Source: an uncultured bacterium
GTDB taxonomy: Bacteria; Planctomycetota; UBA1135; GCA-002686595
Assembly: GCA_943787795.1 (NCBI GenBank)
Contig: CALSNU010000002.1
Coordinates: 576,001 to 640,000 of the forward strand
DNA length: 64,000 nt
Direction of reading: 5' to 3'
Below, one piece after another: positions 48,228 through 56,522 of the stretch. Numbering within the stretch: the first letter of the stretch is position 1; every line of letters starts with the position of its first letter. Made by a program: the position numbers and the translations under genes. Under the pieces are notes generated by a model, which had not been told where the DNA came from, made no database searches, and saw nothing but the letters and a program-made list of their open reading frames with translations.

Positions 48228-49520
48228 GTGGCGCCTCTGGTCTTCTTCAGGATCGCCTTCGGGGTCCTCCTCGCCTGGCACCTGCTCGACTACCTCCAGT
48301 ACGGGTGGGCCCGGCGGGTGTACGTGGACCCCGTCCTGCGGGTGCCCCACGTCGGGTTCGAGTGGCTCGCGCCGTGGCCGGGTGACGGGATGCTCCTGCA
48401 CTTCGCGGCCCTCCTCGCCGCCGCGGTCGCCTTCGCGGTCGGGCGCTGGACCCGGCTCGCCTCCTGGGTCCTCTTCGTCGGCCTGACGTACACGTTCCTC
48501 TTGGAGCGGACGCACTCGAACAACCACGACTACCTCATCGTCCTGCTCGCGTTCCTCGCCTGCTGGCTGCCCCTGGGCCGCGCCGGGTCCCGGGACGCAC
48601 ACGCCAACCCCTCACGGGCGGTGGACGAGGTGCCCGCCTGGACCCTCTGGCTCCTGCGGGGTCAGGTCGCGGTGCTCTACCTGTTCGGCGCGCTGTCCAA
48701 GTGGAACGCGGACTGGCTCCAGCAGGGCGAGCCCTTCGGTCCCCACGTGATGGCGATCGCGGAGGCCCAGGGGTGGCCCTTCGCCGAGGCCCTCGCGGGC
48801 CGAGAGGCCTGGGTGGCCCTCTCGTGGGCGGGGATGCTCTTCGATCTGCTGGTGATCCCGGGGCTGCTCTGGCGACGCACGCGGGCGGCGGCGGTGGTGG
48901 CCTCCGTGTTCTTCCACGGCATCAACCAGGTGCTGTTCCCCATCGGCATCTTCCCGATGCTGGCTCTGGCCCTCACCGTCCTCTTCCTCGACCCGGCCTG
49001 GGCGCGGCGGGTCCTGCGCCTCGGCGCGCCGGTCTCGCCCCCGCGGCGGTGGTCCCCCTCGGCCAGCGTGCAGCCCCTCGTGCTCCCTGCCCTCGGGCTC
49101 TGGTTCGCGGTCCAGCTGATCGTCCCGCTGCGCCCCTGGGTCCTCTCCGGTGAGCCCGCGTGGACCGAGCGCGGGGCGCTGTTCTCCTGGCGGATGATGA
49201 TCTCCAGCAAGGACTGCGAGCTCGACTTCGTCGTGACCGCTGGGGACCCGCCCCGGGAGGTCTCCATGGACTGGCGCCCGCTGCTCACGGACGACCAGTT
49301 CGACATCCTCGCCGGCAACCCCGAGCTCATCGCGTGGTTCGCGCGGGAGCTGCGGTCCAGGGCCGAGGCGCAGGGGCACGGCGACGTGGCCGTCCGAGCG
49401 AACGCCTACTGCGCCCTCAACGGTCGGCCCTTCCGGCCGCTCGTGGACCCCGAGGTGGACCTCGGCCGCGCCGATGGCTGGGACTGGATCGCGCCCCTGG
49501 AGAGCGTCGACGGCCCCTGA
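48228..49520 (+). CDS. HTTM-domain protein (vitamin K-dependent gamma-carboxylase-like)
   Basis: LVFFRIAFG, NNHDYL, K.NADWL, FH..N..LF.IGIFP, FSWRMM and LNGRP...LVDP.VDL. Start uncertain (possible frameshift at ~48227). Confidence 0.88.
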   Translation: MAPLVFFRIAFGVLLAWHLLDYLQYGWARRVYVDPVLRVPHVGFEWLAPWPGDGMLLHFAALLAAAVAFAVGRWTRLASWVLFVGLTYTFLLERTHSNNHDYLIVLLAFLACWLPLGRAGSRDAHANPSRAVDEVPAWTLWLLRGQVAVLYLFGALSKWNADWLQQGEPFGPHVMAIAEAQGWPFAEALAGREAWVALSWAGMLFDLLVIPGLLWRRTRAAAVVASVFFHGINQVLFPIGIFPMLALALTVLFLDPAWARRVLRLGAPVSPPRRWSPSASVQPLVLPALGLWFAVQLIVPLRPWVLSGEPAWTERGALFSWRMMISSKDCELDFVVTAGDPPREVSMDWRPLLTDDQFDILAGNPELIAWFARELRSRAEAQGHGDVAVRANAYCALNGRPFRPLVDPEVDLGRADGWDWIAPLESVDGP

Positions 49521-49547
49521 TTCCGGGGTCGGAGCGCCGGGCCGTTT

Positions 49548-49586
49548 GGCGAGGCGATCCGGCGAGGCAATCCGGCGAGGCGATTC
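49548..49586. repeat. 13-bp tandem repeat GGCGAGGCRATYC x3
   Basis: Units at 49548, 49561 and 49574. Confidence 0.8.
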
Positions 49587-49662
49587 GGGTTCGGGCGGCG
49601 CGCGCTTCTCAAGGGGGTCGCGGCCACCGCGATCCGCGTTCAGCGGTTAGCTTCAGCGGGTC

Positions 49663-50646
49663 ATGAGTCAACGCACCTACCTCGTCACCGGAGCCCTCGG
49701 CTGCATCGGCGCCTGGGTCGTCGAGCGCCTCCTCGAGAAGGGCGACCACCCGGTGGTCTTCGACCTCGGCACGGAGCCTCGGCGGATCCGCGACCTCCTC
49801 GGCCCGGAGGCGCTGGCGCGGGTCTCGTTCGTGCAGGGCGACATCGCCAGCCCGGCGGCCCTGGGGGCCTGCATGGACGAGCACAAGGTGGATCACATCG
49901 TCCACCTCGCCGGGCTCCAGGTCCCCTTCTGCCGCGCGGACCCCATGGCCGGGGCGACGGTGAACGTCCTCGGGACGGTGAACGTGTTCGAGCAGGCGGC
50001 GAAGCGGGGCATCGGGCGGGTGGCCTACGCCTCCAGCGCGGCGGTCTACGAGCGCGAGGACGAGGACCGCGCGGGCGGCGCCCCCTGCGAGAACGCGTCC
50101 CCGACGCCCAACACGCACTACGGCGTCTACAAGCTGGCCAACGAGGGGACCGCGCGGGTGTCGTTCCTGGAGCACGGCACCTCGAGCGTCGGCCTGCGCC
50201 CCCTCACGGTCTACGGCGTCGGTCGGGACCAAGGCATGACGAGCGGGCCCACCAAGGCCATCAAGGCCGCCGTCGTCGGGCGCCCCTACACGGTGGGCTT
50301 CGGCGGTCGCACGGACTTCCTCTACGCCGGGGACTGCGCGGACGCCTTCATCGCCGCGGCGGATCGCGGCCCCGAGGGGGCCCACGTGTTCAACCTGGCC
50401 GGTGAGTCCATCGCCGTCACGGCGTTCGTGGAGGAGCTCTGCGCCCAGGAGCCCGCGGCGAGAGAGCTCGTGCGGGTCGAGGGCGGCGAGCTCCCCGTCC
50501 CCGGCGCCATCGACGGCGCCCGCATCGGCGAGGTCCTGCCTGGCCTGCCGAACACGTCCATCCGCGAGGGGATCGCCGAGACCCTCCGCCGCTTCCGCGA
50601 GCTCCACGCCGCGGGCACCCTCGACACCTCCGACCTCGACAGCTGA
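49663..50646 (+). CDS. NAD-dependent epimerase/dehydratase (extended SDR)
   Basis: TGALGCIG, HLAG, ASS.AVY and YGVYK. Confidence 0.9.
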   Translation: MSQRTYLVTGALGCIGAWVVERLLEKGDHPVVFDLGTEPRRIRDLLGPEALARVSFVQGDIASPAALGACMDEHKVDHIVHLAGLQVPFCRADPMAGATVNVLGTVNVFEQAAKRGIGRVAYASSAAVYEREDEDRAGGAPCENASPTPNTHYGVYKLANEGTARVSFLEHGTSSVGLRPLTVYGVGRDQGMTSGPTKAIKAAVVGRPYTVGFGGRTDFLYAGDCADAFIAAADRGPEGAHVFNLAGESIAVTAFVEELCAQEPAARELVRVEGGELPVPGAIDGARIGEVLPGLPNTSIREGIAETLRRFRELHAAGTLDTSDLDS

Positions 50647-50659
50647 GCCACCGACGACC

Positions 50660-51778
50660 ATGGGCCCCAAGATCACCAAGGTGGAGACCGCGTTCCTGCG
50701 CGTCCCCCTCGAGCAGCGCCAGATCACCGACTCCCAGAGCAAGGTGGACGAGGTCGAGTTCCTCACCGTCCGCCTGCACACCGACGCGGGCGTGATCGGC
50801 GTCGGCACCAACTGGTCCTACACTCCGGGCCTGCGCGCGGCGCAGGTGATGGTGGAGGAGAACTACGCGCCGGTGCTCATCGGCAAGGACATCACGCTCC
50901 GCAAGGCGCTCGTGCAGGAGATGTTCCTCACGAACCACTTCGTGGGCCGCGTGGGCGCCTCGCGGGTCGGCATCGCCGCGGTGGAGTTCGCCCTCTGGGA
51001 CATCCAGTGCAAGCGGGCGGGCATGCCCCTCTGGCACTACCTCGGCGCCGCCAGGGACAAGGTGCTCGCCTACAGCACCGACGGCGGCTGGCTGACTTGG
51101 AGCCAGGAGGACCTGGTGCGGGACGCCACGGCGCTCATCGACCGGGGCTTCCACGCGGTCAAGATCAAGCTCGGCCGCGACGACCCCCGCGAGGACTACG
51201 ACCGCATCGGCGCCGTGCGGGACGCGGTGGGCCCGAAGATCCGGATCATGACCGACGTCAACTGCGCCTGGACCCTGAACACGGCGCGCTTCTGGGGCGG
51301 CAAGCTCGCCGACTTCGACGTGTACTGGCTCGAGGAGCCCATGGTGCCCGAGAACGTCAAGGCCCACGCCGAGCTGCAGCAGGCCATCTCGATCCCGGTG
51401 GCGGTGGGAGAGACGATCTTCACCAAGTACGCCTTCCGCGACTACATCGAGGCGGGCGCCGTGGGGATCGTGCAGGCGGACGCCACCAAGCTCCTCGGCA
51501 TCGACGAGTGGCTCGAGGTGGCGGCGCTCGCCGGCGCCCACGACCTGCCCATCGTCCCGCACACCAACGTGCAGCAGAAGCTCCACAGCCAGCTGGCGGC
51601 GGCGACGCCCCACTGCCCGATGCTCGAGAACTGCTACGAGTCCATCAAGGACATCTGGGTCGAGCCCATCGACGTGGTGGACGGCCACTACCAGCTGCCG
51701 ACCGCGCCGGGGGTGGGCCTCGAGCTGACCGAGGAGACCCTGTCGCGCTGCACGGTCGCGACGACCAGCACGGTCTAG
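50660..51778 (+). CDS. Mandelate racemase-like enolase-superfamily enzyme (acid-sugar dehydratase)
   Basis: ALWDI..K, KIK, D.N, WLEEP, GE and PH motifs. Confidence 0.9.
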   Translation: MGPKITKVETAFLRVPLEQRQITDSQSKVDEVEFLTVRLHTDAGVIGVGTNWSYTPGLRAAQVMVEENYAPVLIGKDITLRKALVQEMFLTNHFVGRVGASRVGIAAVEFALWDIQCKRAGMPLWHYLGAARDKVLAYSTDGGWLTWSQEDLVRDATALIDRGFHAVKIKLGRDDPREDYDRIGAVRDAVGPKIRIMTDVNCAWTLNTARFWGGKLADFDVYWLEEPMVPENVKAHAELQQAISIPVAVGETIFTKYAFRDYIEAGAVGIVQADATKLLGIDEWLEVAALAGAHDLPIVPHTNVQQKLHSQLAAATPHCPMLENCYESIKDIWVEPIDVVDGHYQLPTAPGVGLELTEETLSRCTVATTSTV

Positions 51779-51808
51779 GTCGCGCGCCGGCAGCGAGGCT
51801 GCCCAAGA

Positions 51809-51850
51809 CAAGGAGCGCGGACCGCGAGTGATCGCGGCCCGCGCTCCTTG
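51809..51850. terminator. Long hairpin between convergent genes
   Basis: CAAGGAGCGCGGACCGCGA-gtga-TCGCGGCCCGCGCTCCTTG, one mismatch. Confidence 0.7.
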
Positions 51851-51878
51851 CACGGTCGGGCGGGGAGTTGGCTCGGGC

Positions 51879-52376
51879 TCAGTGCTGGTGGCCGCCGGGG
51901 CCGTGCACGTGGCCGTGCTGCTGCTCTTCCTCGGTGGCCTCGCGGATCTCCACGATCTCGATGGAGAAGTTGAGCGTCTGCCCGGCGAGGGGGTGGTTGA
52001 AGTCCACCGTGATCTCGTCGCCCTCGACCGCGGCGATGGTCCCCATCAGCGGGTTACCGTCCGGGTCAGTGGCCTGGAACTGGATGCCGGCCTCGAGGGT
52101 GGCGTCCTCGGGGAAGCGGTCCCGCGGGACCTTCTGGATGGCCTCGTCGATGCGCGGCCCGTAGCCCTCTTCGGGGGCGACGTTGACCTCGAAGGACTCG
52201 CCGGCGGTCTTGCCGCCCATGGCGGCCTCGAGGCCCGGGACGATGTTGTTTGCGCCGTGCAGGTACGCGAGCGGGTCCTGGCCTTCCGAGGAGTCGATGA
52301 CCTGACCGTCGGTGAGGGTCAGCTTGTAGTGCATCGTGACGACGGCGCCGTCCGCGATCGTGTTGGTGTCGCTCAT
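51879..52376 (-). CDS. slyD: FKBP-type peptidyl-prolyl isomerase with His-rich tail
   Basis: YLHG..NIVPGLE, PEEGYG, DFNHPLAG and HGHVH. Confidence 0.95.
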   Translation of the reverse strand: MSDTNTIADGAVVTMHYKLTLTDGQVIDSSEGQDPLAYLHGANNIVPGLEAAMGGKTAGESFEVNVAPEEGYGPRIDEAIQKVPRDRFPEDATLEAGIQFQATDPDGNPLMGTIAAVEGDEITVDFNHPLAGQTLNFSIEIVEIREATEEEQQHGHVHGPGGHQH

Positions 52377-52518
52377 GGGGGCACCCTAGCGGCCTTGGGG
52401 GCGCCGCTGGGGAGGAACTCGGGATCATGCTCCGAGCAGGTCTGGATCTGGCGGCTATGCTGGTCCGCCCGAAAACCGACGCCCCGCCCCGAACGAAGCT
52501 CCGAGCCCGCCCTGAATC

Positions 52519-53418
52519 ATGAAGATCGTCTCCTTCCTCCGCGACGACGCCCTCTGCACAGGGGCGCTCCTCGCCAACGACCTCGTGCTGGACTTCTCTC
52601 ACCCCGGGGCGGATCTCCCCGCCGCGGACGGGCCCTTGGACTGGTGCGACCTGGACGGCGCCCCGCACCAGGCCGCGCGGCGACTGGTCGATGCTGTGGA
52701 TAGCCGCAGGGATGAGCTCACCGCCTCGGGGGCGATCGTCCCCCTGGCGAGCGTCACCCTTGAGGCGCCGGTCCCCCGCCCCGGCAAGGTCATCTGCATC
52801 GGCCTGAACTACCGAGATCACGCCGAGGAGAGCGGCATGGACATCCCCGAGCTGCCGCTCGTGTTCAGCAAGTTCTCCAGCTGCGTGGTCGGCCCCGAGG
52901 CCAATGTCGTCCTTCCGCCGGGCGCCAAGGAGGTCGACTACGAGGCCGAGTTCGGCGTCGTGATCGGCCGCACTGCGAGCCGCGTGAAGGCGGAGGACGC
53001 CATGGATCACGTGCTGGGTTACTGCAACGTCAACGACGTGAGCGCTCGCGACTTTCAGTTCGCCGACGGCCAGTGGCAGCGCGGCAAGTCCTGCGAGACC
53101 TTCTGCCCCGCGGGCCCGTTCCTGGCGACGGCCGACGAGATCGCTGACCCCCACGCGCTCCGGATCCAGTTCCGCATGAACGGCGAGACGCTGCAGGACT
53201 CGAGCACCGACCAGCTCATCTTCGGCATCCCTGAGCTCATCGCGCACCTCTCGGGCTTCATCACCCTTGAGCCGGGCGACCTGATCTCCACCGGCACGCC
53301 CCCCGGCGTGGGCTTCGCCCGCAAGCCGCCCATTTACATTCAGCCCGGCGACGTGATGGAGGTCGAGGTCGAGGGCCTCGGCGTGCTCCGTAACCCCGCC
53401 TTCGGCGCGGAGGGATGA
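52519..53418 (+). CDS. Fumarylacetoacetate hydrolase family protein
   Basis: IGLNY.DH, DYEAE, NDVSARD.Q, GKS, and GD.I.TGTPPGVG. Confidence 0.93.
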   Translation: MKIVSFLRDDALCTGALLANDLVLDFSHPGADLPAADGPLDWCDLDGAPHQAARRLVDAVDSRRDELTASGAIVPLASVTLEAPVPRPGKVICIGLNYRDHAEESGMDIPELPLVFSKFSSCVVGPEANVVLPPGAKEVDYEAEFGVVIGRTASRVKAEDAMDHVLGYCNVNDVSARDFQFADGQWQRGKSCETFCPAGPFLATADEIADPHALRIQFRMNGETLQDSSTDQLIFGIPELIAHLSGFITLEPGDLISTGTPPGVGFARKPPIYIQPGDVMEVEVEGLGVLRNPAFGAEG

Positions 53419-54413
53419 GCGGCGCGGGCCTCGTTACCGCGCGGCTCGGGCGCACCGATGTCGAGGTCACCACCCTCGGCCTTGGGACCGCGCCCATGGG
53501 CGGGCTCTTCGAGGCCGTGAGCGACGGGGACGCGGCGGCGGTCATCGACGCCGCCTGGGAGGGCGGCGTTCGCTTCTTCGATACGGCGCCCTGGTACGGC
53601 TTCGGGCGGGCCGAGACCCGCGTCGGTCCGGCGCTTCGCGGCCGCGAGGGCTGGAGCCTCTCCACCAAGGTGGGGCGCCTCTTGGAGCCGAGCGATCAGC
53701 CGCCCGGGCCCGAGAACGGCTGGCCCGATCCCCTGCCCTTCGCCCCGGTGCACGACTACGGCCGTGAGGGCGTGCTGCAGAGCTTCGAGGAGAGCCTCGC
53801 GCGCATGGGCCTCGAGCGGGTCGACACGCTCTTCCTCCATGACATCGGGCGCATGACCCACGGCGGCGAGCACGACCAGCACTTCGCTGACGCCATGGGG
53901 GGCGGGCTCGCGGCGCTCCAGGAGCTGAAGGCCGCGGGCCGTATCGGCGCTCTCGGGATCGGGGTCAACGAGACCGAGGTGCTGCTCGCCGCCATGGACC
54001 ACGCCGACTGGGACGTGTTTCTCCTGGCGGGCCGCTACACGCTGCTGGAGCAGGGAGCGCTGGATGAGCTGCTCCCGCGCTGCGAGCGCGCGGGCACCAG
54101 CGTGGTCGTCGGCGGCGCCTTCAACTCCGGCCTCCTCGCAGGTGGCCGCACCTGGAACTACGCCCAGGCGCCGACCGAGCTCATCGTGCGGCGGGACCGG
54201 CTCGCACGCGTGGTGCGGGAGTTCGACGTGGCCCTGGAGGCCGCCGCGCTCCAGTTCCCCCTGGCGCACCCCGCCGTGGCGTCGGTGCTGATGGGCTGCC
54301 GGACCCCCGAGGAGGTGCGCGCCAACCTCGCCCACTTTGCCGCGCCCATCCCCGCCGAACTCTGGCCGCGCCTGGTGGCGGACGGCCTGCTGGACGAGCG
54401 CGTCCTGGGCTGA
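53415..54413 (+). CDS. Aldo/keto reductase, D-threo-aldose/L-fucose dehydrogenase-like
   Basis: FDTAPWYG.G..E, STKVGR, LHD, LAGRYTLLEQ and ALQFPL.HP. Confidence 0.85.
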   Translation: MSGAGLVTARLGRTDVEVTTLGLGTAPMGGLFEAVSDGDAAAVIDAAWEGGVRFFDTAPWYGFGRAETRVGPALRGREGWSLSTKVGRLLEPSDQPPGPENGWPDPLPFAPVHDYGREGVLQSFEESLARMGLERVDTLFLHDIGRMTHGGEHDQHFADAMGGGLAALQELKAAGRIGALGIGVNETEVLLAAMDHADWDVFLLAGRYTLLEQGALDELLPRCERAGTSVVVGGAFNSGLLAGGRTWNYAQAPTELIVRRDRLARVVREFDVALEAAALQFPLAHPAVASVLMGCRTPEEVRANLAHFAAPIPAELWPRLVADGLLDERVLG

Positions 54414-54437
54414 TCGCCGCTCCCGGCGCGCCGTCGC

Positions 54438-55460
54438 CTAGAGGCGGATGCGGTCGCCGTCGTCGAGGATCGAGGAGCCTGCGGCCCGGACCGCGGCGGC
54501 GGCGTCGCTCGTTGGGTCGGTCGCGGGGTTCGAATGGTTGAGATGGGTGAAGACGACCTTCCCGCGCTCCGCCTTGGGGAGCGGCGCGATGCGGGCCAGG
54601 GTCTCGACGATGAACGGGTGGGGCACCTGGGACATGTCGCGGCCGGGGAGCTCGGCGGGCCCGTAGAAGGTGCCGTCCACCAACGCCACGTCCACGCTGG
54701 CGATCACGTCCTCGAGGGCCCGGTCCCACTTCTCCCACTTGTCAATGTCCGGCAGGTAGAGCACGGAGCGCTCGGGCCCGCGAATGAGGAAGGCGACGGT
54801 GTCGGTGAACTCGTCGCGGTGGGGGACCTGGATGGCGGTCACGGAGAGGTCCTCCGCGAGGTCCAGGGTCTCGCCGGGCTGCAGGACCTGGGGGCGGGCG
54901 TAGCCGCCGTCGAAGAGCAGGCTCCAGGGGCCGTTGGACCCGAGGAAGCTCGCCATGCGCTCGGTGCCGATGAGCGGGACCGGCGCCGAGCCGTAGGCCT
55001 CGCGGCCGAGCTGCAGCAGCCCGACCACGTGGCCGAGGTGGGCGTGGGTGATGAAGATGCCGTCGAAGAGCGCGGGGCGTCCGGGCGCGTCTTCGGGCGG
55101 CCCGCCGAGCCCGCGCGCCCGCTCCACCTGCCGCGCGATGTCCGGGGTCGCGTCGAAGAGCCAGCGGCGGCCGTCCCGGGGGTCCACCAGCAGGAGGCTC
55201 GTCACGAGGCGCGCCCGGGAGGGGTCCTCGCGGGCCGCGACGCAGCACGCGCGGGCGCAGCCGATCTGGGGGAGTCCGCCGTCTTGAGCCGTGCCCAGCG
55301 CGACCACGTAGGGGGAGCTCGGATCCACGAGCCCGGGGCCCAGCGCATCGAGGTCGCCGTGGGCGGCGCAGCCGATGAGCGAGCCACTCCAGAGCCCCAC
55401 GCCGAGCAGCAGGGCGGGGTCTGTGGCGATGTGATGGAGGCGTCGCAGGAGGGTGATCAC
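54438..55460 (-). CDS. PqqB-like metallo-beta-lactamase-fold hydrolase (lipoprotein-like N-terminus)
   Basis: LGTAQDGG.PQ.GC, DATPD, THAH.GH, VPHRDE, PDIDKW and HLNHSNP. Confidence 0.85.
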   Translation of the reverse strand: MITLLRRLHHIATDPALLLGVGLWSGSLIGCAAHGDLDALGPGLVDPSSPYVVALGTAQDGGLPQIGCARACCVAAREDPSRARLVTSLLLVDPRDGRRWLFDATPDIARQVERARGLGGPPEDAPGRPALFDGIFITHAHLGHVVGLLQLGREAYGSAPVPLIGTERMASFLGSNGPWSLLFDGGYARPQVLQPGETLDLAEDLSVTAIQVPHRDEFTDTVAFLIRGPERSVLYLPDIDKWEKWDRALEDVIASVDVALVDGTFYGPAELPGRDMSQVPHPFIVETLARIAPLPKAERGKVVFTHLNHSNPATDPTSDAAAAVRAAGSSILDDGDRIRL

Positions 55461-55519
55461 CTCTGAAGTATCGCACAGGCTCGGGGATTCGTCGCACCCG
55501 GCATGTTCTCATCGGCTCC

Positions 55520-56077
55520 ATGGAAGGGGGCACGAACTCGCGACTGGAAGAGGTGCTGCGGCTAGGCACGGAGGCCTGGCATGACTTCTGCGCCCAGCGG
55601 GCCGGCGAGTTCCACCGGGTGATCCCGGCGGATCAGCGGCTGGCCATCGACATGCTCAAGGACCAGCGCAATCGGGCGAACACCTTCCTGGAGCTGGGGT
55701 CCGCCACGGGCGTGATCACCGTGCTCGCCGACATCATCGGCTTCGAGGCGGTGGGGATCGAGATCGAGCCGGCGCTCATCACGACCGCCGAGGACCTCGC
55801 CGAGGAGGTGGGCTCGGGCGCGCGTTTCGTGGAGGGCAGCTTCGTCCCGCCGGACTACCGCGACGAGGTGGGGCTCCTCGAGAGCGACTACATGACGCCC
55901 ACCGAGGGCGCCGACGCCTACGGCGAGCTCGGCATGGACATCGCGGACTTTGACCTCGTGTACGCCTACCCGTGGCCTGGCGAGGAGGACTGGCTCATCG
56001 AGATGGTCCGCCGCTTCGGCGGGCCGCGCACGTCCCTGATGATCTACACGGTGCGCGACGGCTACGAGCTGCTCTGA
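55520..56077 (+). CDS. Class I SAM-dependent methyltransferase-like protein
   Basis: FLELGSATG, GIEIE and DLVYAYPWP. Confidence 0.8.
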   Translation: MEGGTNSRLEEVLRLGTEAWHDFCAQRAGEFHRVIPADQRLAIDMLKDQRNRANTFLELGSATGVITVLADIIGFEAVGIEIEPALITTAEDLAEEVGSGARFVEGSFVPPDYRDEVGLLESDYMTPTEGADAYGELGMDIADFDLVYAYPWPGEEDWLIEMVRRFGGPRTSLMIYTVRDGYELL

Positions 56078-56158
56078 GGACTCCTGCCCGAGGACCTCGA
56101 TCCACCCCTTAGCGTCGCGTTCGCGACCGTCCTCGACCCGCTTCGGGGAAGAGAGGGA

Positions 56159-56233
56159 TGGAGGCGGCACCCGGACTCGAACCGGGGAATAATGGATTTG
56201 CAATCCATCGCCTTACCACTTGGCTATGCCGCC
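56159..56233 (-). tRNA. tRNA-Cys(GCA), CCA encoded
   Basis: Cloverleaf GGCGGCA..TGCCGCC-T-CCA, anticodon loop TTGCAAA, T-loop TTCGAGT. Confidence 0.96.
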
Positions 56234-56427
56234 TCTGCGCTCAGTATCGCCAGGACAAGTCCCGGGACTGAAGTCGCCGGGGAATCATAGGGGCCCCCCG
56301 GCGCCCGTCAACCCGAGCGGGCGCCCCAGTTGGCGACACGCACCATGGAGGCCTGGATACCGGGCGAGCCGAGAAGCGCCGGGCTCGGCGCAGAGGACCC
56401 GGCGCCCCTGCTAGGATTCAGCGCGGA

Positions 56428-56512
56428 GGGGATGTGGCGGAATTGGTAGACGCATCGGACTTAAAATCCGAAGGCCTTGGCCGTCCGGGTTCGATTCCCG
56501 GCATCCCTACCA
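56428..56512 (+). tRNA. tRNA-Leu(TAA), CCA encoded
   Basis: GGGGATG..CATCCCT-A-CCA, anticodon arm TCGGA-CTTAAAA-TCCGA, long variable arm. Confidence 0.96.
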
Positions 56513-56522
56513 GCACTGGCTC

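Noticed and set aside
54438..55460. PQQ biosynthesis cluster
   Set aside because: Only a PqqB-like hydrolase is present. No pqqA peptide or pqqC/D/E nearby.
56159..56512. tRNA-anchored genomic island or prophage
   Set aside because: No integrase and no duplicated tRNA 3' end was spotted in the window.
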